A stretch of DNA of 64,000 nt. Origin: Candidatus Eiseniibacteriota bacterium. Lineage in GTDB: Bacteria > Eisenbacteria > RBG-16-71-46 > JABDJR01. Positions 48,464 to 56,648 of this stretch are shown here, one piece after another (the first letter of the stretch is position 1; the number at the start of each line of letters is the position of its first letter). Below the pieces are notes generated by a model, which had not been told where the DNA came from, made no database searches, and worked only from the letters and a program-made list of their open reading frames with translations. The DNA lies in contig CAVXKA010000001.1 in assembly GCA_963762255.1 (NCBI GenBank), positions 1,344,001-1,408,000 on the forward strand, read 5' to 3'. The translations under genes and the position numbers were made by a program.

Positions 48464-49582
48464 GGCGGGGCAGGGTCGTCAGGATCCGCCAGACGGTAGC
48501 TCGTGCTTCTCCCGCCGCCGGGATTCTTGACGAGGATACCTCGCTCCAGCAGCTCGCGGATGTCGCGGAGCGCCGTGTCGGTTGAACACTTGGCGAGCTT
48601 GGCGTACTTCGAAGTGGTGAGGTGGCCCTTGAACTCGTCCAGCATGCGATTGATGACGTCTCGCTGGCGATCGTTGATCGGGCCGCGGTTGATTCGCTGC
48701 CAGAGCTCGGCCTTGTGGAGCACGGAGCCCAGCGTCTCTTGAGCATCCTCGATGGTGCGATCGAGACATGCGAGAAACCATGCCAGCCATCCGGTGATGT
48801 CGAGGCCGCCGCGCTGCGTGGATTCGAGTTGATGGAAGTACTCCTTCCGCTCCCTCTCGATCCCCGAGGACATGCTGTAGAAACGGTCCTTCGTCCCGTC
48901 CGCACGCGATAGCGCCATGTCGGCGATTGCCCGCGCGATCCGGCCATTGCCGTCGTCGAAGGGGTGAATCGTCACGAACCAGAAGTGGGCGACTCCAGCC
49001 TTCAGCACCGGATCCACCTCGCAAGGGCCGTTGAACCACTCGAGGAATCTTTGCATTTCGGATTCGACGCGCTCGGCTGCAGGCACTTCGAAGTGCACGC
49101 GCTCGCGACCCATGGGGCCGGAGACGACCTGCATGGGACCGGCGTCCGCGGTTCGCCACGCTCCTACAGTGATCCGATGCATGCCGCTGCGTCCTGTCGG
49201 AAGCAGAGCGGCATGCCAATCCAGGAGGCGCGTCTTCGTGAGTGGGGCGTCGAAGTTGCGCGTGGCATCGAGCATCATCTCGACGACGCCTTCGACTTGC
49301 CGGCTCGGTTCGGGCAAGCCCGCGATGGGGAGTCCCAGCCGCCGCGCGATCGACGAACGGACTTCTTCGGGGTTGAGGTGCTCCCCTTCGATTGCCGAGG
49401 ACTTGACGACCTCGTTCGTGAGCGCGGTCAGGCCGGCCTCCGCACGCAGATCGAATCCGAGGGCGCCCATTCTTCCCAGGTGTTTGCCCTGTTTGTGGCG
49501 CACGGCGGCCAGAGCCCCCGAGAGGGCCCCGCTGTCCCATGTCGAACTCCGGCCATCCGGGCCGCTCGTGAATGTAGATCAT
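48460..49582 (-). CDS. Fic family protein with DUF4172 N-terminus and C-terminal HTH; frameshift near 49540
   Basis: MIYIHERPGWPEF start, IHPFDDGNGRIAR, KYAKLAKCSTDTALRDI, GGRSTSY. Confidence 0.92.
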
Positions 49583-49642
49583 AATCGCCGCATCTCCTGC
49601 GGTGATTATCGGTCGTATTCACCGCATGTCAAGCGGTGAATA
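49581..49642 (-). promoter_or_regulatory. Sigma-70 promoter of fic overlapped by two palindromic operators
   Basis: Minus strand TTGACA (49632-49627), 16 bp, GATAAT (49610-49605); palindromes at 49581-49609 and 49616-49642. Confidence 0.75.
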
Positions 49643-49713
49643 GGTGCTTGGATCGCCGCAGACGGCCTTGGGGGATTCGGACCCATCTCGGCGGGAGGTC
49701 CTCCAGGAAAGCA

Positions 49714-49746
49714 AGAGCCCCCATCCCACCTGGGGATAGGGGCTCT
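49714..49746 (-). terminator. Intrinsic terminator just downstream of tRNA 3' remnant
   Basis: Minus strand AGAGCCCCTATCCC-caggt-GGGATGGGGGCTCT-tgcttt; the single non-canonical pair is U-G only on the minus strand. Confidence 0.7.
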
Positions 49747-49753
49747 CAACGGT

Positions 49754-49766
49754 TGGTAGCGGGGGC
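49754..49766 (-). other. tRNA (initiator Met-like) 3'-end remnant, probable att core
   Basis: Minus strand GCCCCCGCTACCA resembles the T-stem/acceptor/CCA end of tRNA-fMet (..GCCCCCGC[A/T]ACCA); the tRNA body is absent and a terminator follows. Confidence 0.65.
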
Positions 49767-49914
49767 GTACTTTGGAGCTATTCATAACATCCTTGGGGAT
49801 CGCCTCAAGCGAACCGTTGTGATCCCCCGCCGGACTTCCCGGTCCGGCCCGCAAAGTACCCCCAGACCATCGTCACCATCGTCACTTTCCCGTAACCGAA
49901 AGGATGGTGGCTAG

Positions 49915-50802
49915 ATGCGTATGACGATCCTCAATTCCCGTACCGTCACCTACCCGCCGAGGACCGTCACTCGGCAAGCGAGGAGGCGATCCGGGAAGGG
50001 CCTTCAGTCTCGGGTTCACCGTTGGTGGAACCCCGGCCGCATTGTGCTCATGGCTATTGCTGTCCCAGTCCTCGCCGTTGCGCTCATGCCGGAGGCGGCG
50101 CAAGGGATCGTCATCCCGGCCCCGGTCAGGACGCGGGTGACCTGGTCGACGAGCCGCGCCGACACAACCAAGGTCAAGGTGACGTTCCTCTCGGAGGCCG
50201 AGCCGACCACCGGCAAGAACGGCGACCCGAACGGGATATACATCGCGGACCCCGCATCGAGCGCATCCCAACGCGCGGGGCTCATCTCCTGGGCCGAGTC
50301 TATCCCGGACTCCGTCCCGGCCACGTTCACGCGGGCCACGTTGACGCTGTACAGGCTCAACGCCACCGATGCTCCCGCCGTCTACGACACCCTCGAGATT
50401 GCCCCGGTGACCATCACTTGGAACGAGGCGAAAGCGACCTGGCTCAGCCGCGCAACGGGGAAGATTTGGTCGACGCCGGGCGGAGATGTGGACACCTCCC
50501 TTGCAGTGGTCATCCGGGCGGAGGACATCCCCAACCTCTGCTCCGGTGCTGTCGACTCCGCGGTGGTCCTCGACATCACCCCGATCGTTACTGCTTGGCG
50601 CGATCACGCAGTGGGCTCGTTCGGAGTGCGACTGGCATGGAAGGGCATGGGCGCTCCGGCGATCCGGTTCCACGACAACTCCGCCCCTGAAGCCCTGCGG
50701 CCGGCGCTCACCATCGAGACCATCACGATCCGACGGCCAAGAGTCATCGGTCTGATCCGGCGGAGGGTCGGGCCCATCGGGGGGTGGGTGCGCCATGGAT
50801 AG
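49915..50802 (+). CDS. Secreted DNRLRE-like (CBM96-like) domain protein; true start probably near 50050
   Basis: Signal-like MAIAVPVLAVALMPEAAQG, RATLTLY, ATW..WSTPGGD, LDITPIVTAW, RPALTI. Confidence 0.6.
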   Translation: MRMTILNSRTVTYPPRTVTRQARRRSGKGLQSRVHRWWNPGRIVLMAIAVPVLAVALMPEAAQGIVIPAPVRTRVTWSTSRADTTKVKVTFLSEAEPTTGKNGDPNGIYIADPASSASQRAGLISWAESIPDSVPATFTRATLTLYRLNATDAPAVYDTLEIAPVTITWNEAKATWLSRATGKIWSTPGGDVDTSLAVVIRAEDIPNLCSGAVDSAVVLDITPIVTAWRDHAVGSFGVRLAWKGMGAPAIRFHDNSAPEALRPALTIETITIRRPRVIGLIRRRVGPIGGWVRHG

Positions 50803-50868
50803 CGACCGCCAACAACGCCGAACGACCCGCGACCGGAGCCACGAGTCGTCGGCGGGAGCCGATGGCGA

Positions 50869-51363
50869 CTACTTCGCCCGCGCGTCGATGAGGCGCTGCA
50901 GGGCGTCGATGTCCCCGCGAGCGGCGGCGGCCACGAGGGTCCGCACGAACTTGCTGGCCTTCCCCGGCCCTGCGGCCTTGTGGATGGCGTCGCGCTCCTC
51001 AGGCGTCAACCTGAACGCGAACACCACCAGGTCTTCCGTCGGTTCCGGCGTGGTGCCGTCCGTGGGCGCGTCGGAGGCGGTGGGGGCGACGACCGAGAGG
51101 CCCCGCGTCTTCGTGCCCGTGGGCTCGGGTCCGTCTGCGTCGTGCGCGTGTTGTGCGGCGACCGCCGCCGCCTCGGGGTGCCCCTCGCTCGCCAGGAACT
51201 CGGCGACGGTGGGCTTCGGGTCGGTGGAGGCGTCCACCTTCTGGATGCCGTCCTTGGTGACGAGCAGTTCGACGGTGGCCTCCGTCTCCGCCTGCTCGCG
51301 TGCCTTCTTCTCACGGGCCTGCCGGGCCTGGGTCATCGTCTCGTCGATCCGCTTCTTGCTCAT
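50869..51363 (-). CDS. Hypothetical protein with disordered N-terminus and C-terminal RHH-like domain
   Basis: AGGAGG RBS; LVVFAFRLTPEERDAIHKAAGPGKASKFVRTLV strand-helix-helix pattern. Confidence 0.62.
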   Translation of the reverse strand: MSKKRIDETMTQARQAREKKAREQAETEATVELLVTKDGIQKVDASTDPKPTVAEFLASEGHPEAAAVAAQHAHDADGPEPTGTKTRGLSVVAPTASDAPTDGTTPEPTEDLVVFAFRLTPEERDAIHKAAGPGKASKFVRTLVAAAARGDIDALQRLIDARAK

Positions 51364-51447
51364 GGTCTCTACCTCCTGTGTGCGGCCGGGCTTCATGTCC
51401 GGCGCATCACAAGGAGTCCGCTGTTGCAGAGAGGAATCCACTGAATA

Positions 51448-52650
51448 ATGCGATCCACCAGAACAACGCCTCACCATCGCAAGCTTCACCTATGGTCGGC
51501 CCTGCCTCCGTATTTGGGCGGGAAACGACGCCTTTGTCCGACGATCTTCCGCGAAGTGGACCGGATCGTGCCAAGGCGCCACTGGCCCGGACTCACGTTC
51601 CTGGACGGGTTCCTGGGTGGCGGGTCGGTCTCTCTGTACGCCAAAGCGCAGGGCTTTCGCGTGGTGGCCACCGACATCGCCGCGCGCTCTATCGCCATTG
51701 GGCAAGCCTTGATCGAGAACAGCAGGGTGCGGCTCACGCACGAGGATGTGCTGCGGCTGGCCAAGGATGACGGCGCGGCACCGGGCCGAGTCGAGTCGGA
51801 GTACTCGCCGTCCACGTTCACGCAGACCCAAGCGCGGTTCCTGGATCGCGCACTGCGCATCGCGGATGCCACCGAGGACACGGCGAAGGCGGCGCTCATC
51901 CGGTTGCTCGCCATCCGGATCGCTCTCCTGGCCCATCCGATGTCTCAGATCCGCAAGGGAACCATCCACCGGTTGACCACGGGCGAGTACGAGGGCATCA
52001 CCGAGAGCTGCGTCTACCACTTCGTCGACGGGCTCCGGCTAACCCGTCCTGCGAAGTTGTGGGAGCTGGCACAGTTGATCAATGGCGGTGTGTTCCAAGG
52101 GGAAGGGCGGGTGATTCAGCAGAGCGTGTTCGAGGCGCTGCCCACGATCGACGCCGCCATACTGTACGGCGATCCGCCATATCCGGGAGTCATGAGCTAC
52201 GAGAAAATTTATGGCGTCCTCGACGAGATCCTGGAGGGCAGTTCGCGCCCGACCAGTCCGTTCACCGCCAAGGACGGGGCCGGGATGCTCGACTCGCTCT
52301 TCGAGGCCGCCACCCACATCCCGGTCTGGGTGCTCTCGCTCGGCAACGCCGTGGTCGGCATCGAAGAACTCGAATCCAAGATGGCCCGGCTCGGCCGGCA
52401 GACCCGCGCCATCGAGATCGCTTACCAGCACTTGCCGGCGGTGGCGACCGCCGAGAAGAAGGCGACCAACAAGGAGTTCCTGGTCGTCGGCTGGGACGAA
52501 AGCGCTGTGGAGCGCATTGCCGCTTCCCGAGCAGATGTTCACGTGACCACTCCAGTCAGCAAACAAGCGGCGAAGCGGCGGAAAGCGCTGCCCAAGCGCT
52601 CCCGAAGCGCTGTTGCCCTCACGTCCGGAAAGGAGAACGCCCGTGGCTGA
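51448..52650 (+). CDS. DNA adenine methyltransferase (Dam/D12 class)
   Basis: PYLGGKRRL, FLDGFLGGGSVS (motif I), LYGDPPY (motif IV). Confidence 0.88.
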   Translation: MRSTRTTPHHRKLHLWSALPPYLGGKRRLCPTIFREVDRIVPRRHWPGLTFLDGFLGGGSVSLYAKAQGFRVVATDIAARSIAIGQALIENSRVRLTHEDVLRLAKDDGAAPGRVESEYSPSTFTQTQARFLDRALRIADATEDTAKAALIRLLAIRIALLAHPMSQIRKGTIHRLTTGEYEGITESCVYHFVDGLRLTRPAKLWELAQLINGGVFQGEGRVIQQSVFEALPTIDAAILYGDPPYPGVMSYEKIYGVLDEILEGSSRPTSPFTAKDGAGMLDSLFEAATHIPVWVLSLGNAVVGIEELESKMARLGRQTRAIEIAYQHLPAVATAEKKATNKEFLVVGWDESAVERIAASRADVHVTTPVSKQAAKRRKALPKRSRSAVALTSGKENARG

Positions 52651-53317
52651 ATCCATGATCGACAAACGAGTCGGTGCCAGGATGATCCCGATCGATGACC
52701 TGGTTGCCCATCCGCTCAACAGCAACCAGATGCCCGAGGACTTGCGCGAGAAGCTCAAGGTTCACATCGGACGAACGGGACGGTATCCATTCTTGGTGGT
52801 TCGTCCCCATCCAGACGAACCCGGCAAGTTCCAGGTGTTGGACGGCCATCACCGCGTTGCCATCCTCAAGGAGTTGGGTCACCGCGAAGCCCGGTGCGAC
52901 GTGTGGGATGTGGATGACCGGGAGGCGAAGCTGCTGCTGGCCACCTTGAACCGCCTCCAGGGTCAGGACCAACCCATGCGGCGGGCGCAGTTGATCCACG
53001 AGTTGCTCGGCGAGATGAGCGTGGACGATCTGGCCGGACTGCTGCCCGAGACAGACAAGCAGTTGGAGGAACTCCACGCGCTCTTGGAGTTCCCTGCCGA
53101 GGAGATCGCCGCGCTGTTGGAGGCCGAAGCCGAGGAGGCCGAGAAGGTCTTGCCTCGGGTGATCTCGTTCGTCGTCACCCCCGAGCAGGAGACCTTGATC
53201 GAGCAGGCAGTCGAACTCGCCTCCGACGGCACCCCCGGTCGGGACCGGAAGGCCAAGGGTCTCGCCAACCTCGCCACCCACTTCATGGAGAACCACGATG
53301 ACCATCCCGCGTCGTAA
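52643..53317 (+). CDS. ParB/Srx N-terminal domain protein
   Basis: AAGGAG RBS and GTG start; IPIDDLVAHPLNSN, LVVRP, QVLDGHHRV, LNRLQG. Confidence 0.88.
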   Translation: MAESMIDKRVGARMIPIDDLVAHPLNSNQMPEDLREKLKVHIGRTGRYPFLVVRPHPDEPGKFQVLDGHHRVAILKELGHREARCDVWDVDDREAKLLLATLNRLQGQDQPMRRAQLIHELLGEMSVDDLAGLLPETDKQLEELHALLEFPAEEIAALLEAEAEEAEKVLPRVISFVVTPEQETLIEQAVELASDGTPGRDRKAKGLANLATHFMENHDDHPAS

Positions 53318-53864
53318 GGTTCGTGAAGAAGCTCGCCGGCTGTACTTGGCCGGGGAGGCGTCGTCCAACGCCGAGATCGCCGCTCGCCTTCGGGTCAAAC
53401 CTCACACCATCGGCAAGTGGCGGCGGGAGGAAGACTGGGATGGACTGCGGCTCAAGATCGACCGCCGCGCCGCGGAACTCTTCGTCGAGAAGATCGCCAC
53501 CGACAAGGTGACGCTCAACGTCCGCCATTACCGGTTCTGGGATCTGTTGGCCGCCCGGTTGGGTGAAGACCTCAAGCGCAACACCACGTTCGACATCCGG
53601 GATCTGGACCGGGTGGCGGGGATACTCGAGCGGGTGCAGAAGGGTCAGCGGTTGGCGAAGGGGCTCTCCACCTCGGGAGACAGCGAGGAGCAGATCCGAG
53701 CCAAGGCGGCCGCCGAGCAGCGGCATCTGGTGGATGTGTTCATCGAGGCGGTAAAAGAGAACGTCCCTGACGAGGAGACCCGGGACCGCATCCGCCGCTC
53801 GTTGATGGATGCCATGCCTGAAGAGGACGCGGTCGTGGATGAGGAACGGAGCGTGGCCGGATGA
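53298..53864 (+). CDS. Putative terminase small subunit (N-terminal HTH)
   Basis: REEARRLYLAG..SNAEIAARLRVKPHTIGKWRREEDWD; directly upstream of and overlapping terL. Confidence 0.75.
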   Translation: MTIPRRKVREEARRLYLAGEASSNAEIAARLRVKPHTIGKWRREEDWDGLRLKIDRRAAELFVEKIATDKVTLNVRHYRFWDLLAARLGEDLKRNTTFDIRDLDRVAGILERVQKGQRLAKGLSTSGDSEEQIRAKAAAEQRHLVDVFIEAVKENVPDEETRDRIRRSLMDAMPEEDAVVDEERSVAG

Positions 53865-55462
53865 GACGACCTGGGATCTCAGGATCGGGGTATGTTCGCA
53901 AGCGATCGATGGAGCTGGGGACGCCGGCGACCCGCGCCTTGACCGATCCGCTGGCGGCGTGGGTCGTGAAGAAGATCCGTCTCGAAGGGCGACCGTTCCG
54001 GTTCGAGGGGCACGCGTACCTGCGCGCGATCTTCGACGACACCGCCGCGCACATCATACTCAGCAAGGCCGCGCAGATCGGCGGCACGACCTGGGCCATC
54101 CTGCGTAGCTTCCACGCCTGCCTGCAGGGGCTCAACGTCGGGTATTACTTCCCGACCCAGACCGATGTCTACGACTTCTCCCGGTCGCGGGTGGGACCAC
54201 TGCTCAAGGACAATCCATTCCTTGCCGCCAAGCTTCAGGACACCGACACCGTGGGATTGAAGCGGATCGGGGATGCGAACCTCTACTTCCGAGGCATGAA
54301 GTCCTCCGTGGGAATGAAGTCCGTGCCGCTCGACATGTTGGTGTTCGATGAACTCGACGAGGCCACACCGGATGCGCGGGCGCTGGCTTGGGAGCGGATC
54401 GCGCACTCCGACTACAAGCGGGTGATCGAGTTGTCCAACCCATCCCTGCCCGGCTACGGGATCGACGAGCAGTACGAGAAGTCGGACCAGCGGCACTGGA
54501 CCTTGAAGTGCCCGGCCTGTGGCGAGTGGACCTGCCTGGAGCGGGAGTTCCCCGCGAAACTCGGCCAGGAGGTCACCGTCATCCGTCAGCGCGACGACGG
54601 CACCTACTACCGCGCCTGCCCCAAGTGTGCCGGCGAACTCGACCTCGACCTGGGCGAGTGGGTCGCCGACTTCCCGGAGCGCGCCATCCACGGCTACCGG
54701 GTGAGCCAGCTGTTCTCGGTGAAGATGGACCCTGGCGAGATCCTTGACGAGTACCGTTGCACGCGGTTCCCGGAGCGGTTCTACAACTTGAAGATCGGTA
54801 TCCCGTGGGCCGACCTCGAGCGCCGCCTCGACGTGCAGACCGTGCTCGACCTCTGCCGCACCGGCGAGGCTCCGTTCGGGTTCAACGTCATGGGAGTCGA
54901 TACCGGCAAGGCCCTTCACGTCGTCATCCTGCGCACCAACGGGTACACCCTGCGACCGGCCCACATGATCCATGTCCAGGCCTGTCATGAGTTCGCCGAG
55001 CTGGACGCCCTCATGAAGCAGTACCGGGTGCGCAATGTCGTCATCGACGGGCTCCCCGAAACCCACTCCACCCGCGACTTCGCCCGACGCCATCGCGGGG
55101 ATGTCTTCCTCAACTTCTTCAACGAGAGCCAACGGGGGAGCGCCCGGTGGGATCGCTCGGAGCAGACCGTGTGCATCAACCGCACCGAAGCCCTGGATGC
55201 CTCGCGAGCGATCGTGCGCGACAAGAAGCTGACGCTTCCGCCACGCAGTCCTGAGATCGAGGAGTTTGCCCGGCACATGAGCTGCGATGCCAAGGTGCTC
55301 GATGAGGACCCCGACACCGGCGCCCAGAAGTACCGCTACGTCCGCACCGGACCCGACCACTACTCGCTGGCGTTCACGTATGGGCTCATGGCCTTGGACG
55401 CGATGAGCATGCCTGTCAGCCCCGAGCAACGAGCATGGCTCAGTGGGATGCTCTATGGGTGA
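53861..55462 (+). CDS. Phage terminase large subunit, lambda gpA-like
   Basis: KAAQIGGT (Walker A), LVFDELDE (Walker B), LSNPS, SDQRHW, CPAC..CPKC Zn finger, nuclease MGVDTG/VIDG/DHY. Confidence 0.88.
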   Translation: MRRPGISGSGYVRKRSMELGTPATRALTDPLAAWVVKKIRLEGRPFRFEGHAYLRAIFDDTAAHIILSKAAQIGGTTWAILRSFHACLQGLNVGYYFPTQTDVYDFSRSRVGPLLKDNPFLAAKLQDTDTVGLKRIGDANLYFRGMKSSVGMKSVPLDMLVFDELDEATPDARALAWERIAHSDYKRVIELSNPSLPGYGIDEQYEKSDQRHWTLKCPACGEWTCLEREFPAKLGQEVTVIRQRDDGTYYRACPKCAGELDLDLGEWVADFPERAIHGYRVSQLFSVKMDPGEILDEYRCTRFPERFYNLKIGIPWADLERRLDVQTVLDLCRTGEAPFGFNVMGVDTGKALHVVILRTNGYTLRPAHMIHVQACHEFAELDALMKQYRVRNVVIDGLPETHSTRDFARRHRGDVFLNFFNESQRGSARWDRSEQTVCINRTEALDASRAIVRDKKLTLPPRSPEIEEFARHMSCDAKVLDEDPDTGAQKYRYVRTGPDHYSLAFTYGLMALDAMSMPVSPEQRAWLSGMLYG

Positions 55463-55505
55463 CCCAGATCCGTCGACCGGTGACGCGTTCCCGTCGGTGT
55501 CTTGG

Positions 55506-55723
55506 AGCCCCTCCGGACCCCTCTGGAGGGGCTGAAATCGCTCCCAAACGGGCTCCGAGGGATCAAATTGGTTCCCGACGGGCCGGTTTGGGACGAAATT
55601 CGGTCCCTCGGAGGCCCAAAACCCCCAGAAAAGCGGCATGGTTTTGGGGGTTCTGCCCAGATCTGCCGTTCTCGGTGGTGAGGTCAAAACGCTGCAACCC
55701 CTTGAAATCAAGAGACTAAGGGG
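55506..55723. repeat. Cluster of inverted repeats downstream of terL
   Basis: IR pairs 55506-55517/55522-55533, 55542-55549/55586-55593, 55555-55576/55590-55611, 55620-55630/55642-55652, 55698-55703/55718-55723. Confidence 0.6.
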
Positions 55724-55984
55724 AACACTCCGTCACCTGCGAGCTGGCCGAGGCGTGAAATATCCGGCCGAAACCTGCCACTTATCTGCCCTTGCCGCGC
55801 CCCGGACGAGCCCAGAATGCCGCTCGTCTGCCCCTTGCCACATGTCGTCTTCTCACAGAAAGGCGAACTGTTCGATCTGGCTCCTAGCCTCCTTGCGCCT
55901 AGACATCTCGATCACTCATCTATTGCGTTGGAACAACTGACGTGTTCTTCTGAGATGCAGGATCTTCCTACTTCACGAGTGACT

Positions 55985-56464
55985 ATGAAGAAACCGAATG
56001 GCGAGATGGGTGGCCACGGGGCGACGGGCTGTCCGACGACGTGTACCCTTGAGCCTCTGAAGTCAAGGACTGAGATCCTGACCAACTACTCGCGCTGCAG
56101 CACCCACCGTCGCATATTCACAAATCAGCATGAAGAAGTAATCTGCCCACGTTGTTCGCGGTTGCCCCGTGAATACTACCAGCTTGATCGTGGACTGATG
56201 TTCAGCTGCGAACGCGAACACCTGTGGGACCCATGCACCAAGGATCTTCGGCCAACTCTTGTCCGACGCATGAAGTGCGATGTCTGTGAATATGTCTCCG
56301 ATTCATGTCCCGAATGTGAGTCGATGGCCATTGCTTGGTGGCGCGTCAGCACATCTGTGCGCGGCAAAACCAGCGAGGAACTTGCGTTCTTTGAGTGCTT
56401 TCAAGGTCACCGGTGGATCGGTTGTCCCGATTGCGGGGAGACACGAGACTTCGAGTGCTACTAG
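55985..56464 (+). CDS. Cys/His-rich duplicated zinc-ribbon hypothetical protein (start uncertain)
   Basis: CPRC..FSCEREHLW and CPEC..FECFQGHRW repeats, plus CDVC and CPDC; lower GC than flanks. Confidence 0.55.
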   Translation: MKKPNGEMGGHGATGCPTTCTLEPLKSRTEILTNYSRCSTHRRIFTNQHEEVICPRCSRLPREYYQLDRGLMFSCEREHLWDPCTKDLRPTLVRRMKCDVCEYVSDSCPECESMAIAWWRVSTSVRGKTSEELAFFECFQGHRWIGCPDCGETRDFECY

Positions 56465-56648
56465 AATAACTGCATGGCTGCGGAGAAGCTGATCGGATGA
56501 CAATACCTGCATGCCTTGACTTGCTTGTAGCTCCTGACTGGCATGCCACCCCGATCTTTGGTCCGGCGGTGGGCGGCATCCTCGATGCGACGGGTATCGC
56601 TGATGCACTCGAAGTGGCCGCCAGCCGCACGAACGAGACGCGGGTGGC

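Noticed and set aside
48017-49582. SRPBCC and fic as part of the tRNA-integrated island or as a toxin-antitoxin pair
   Set aside because: They lie outside the att remnant and terminator and are convergent. fic may be a separate older acquisition.
49700-49870. Intact tRNA gene
   Set aside because: Only the 13-nt 3' end matches; there is no GGTTC T-loop, D-arm or anticodon arm.
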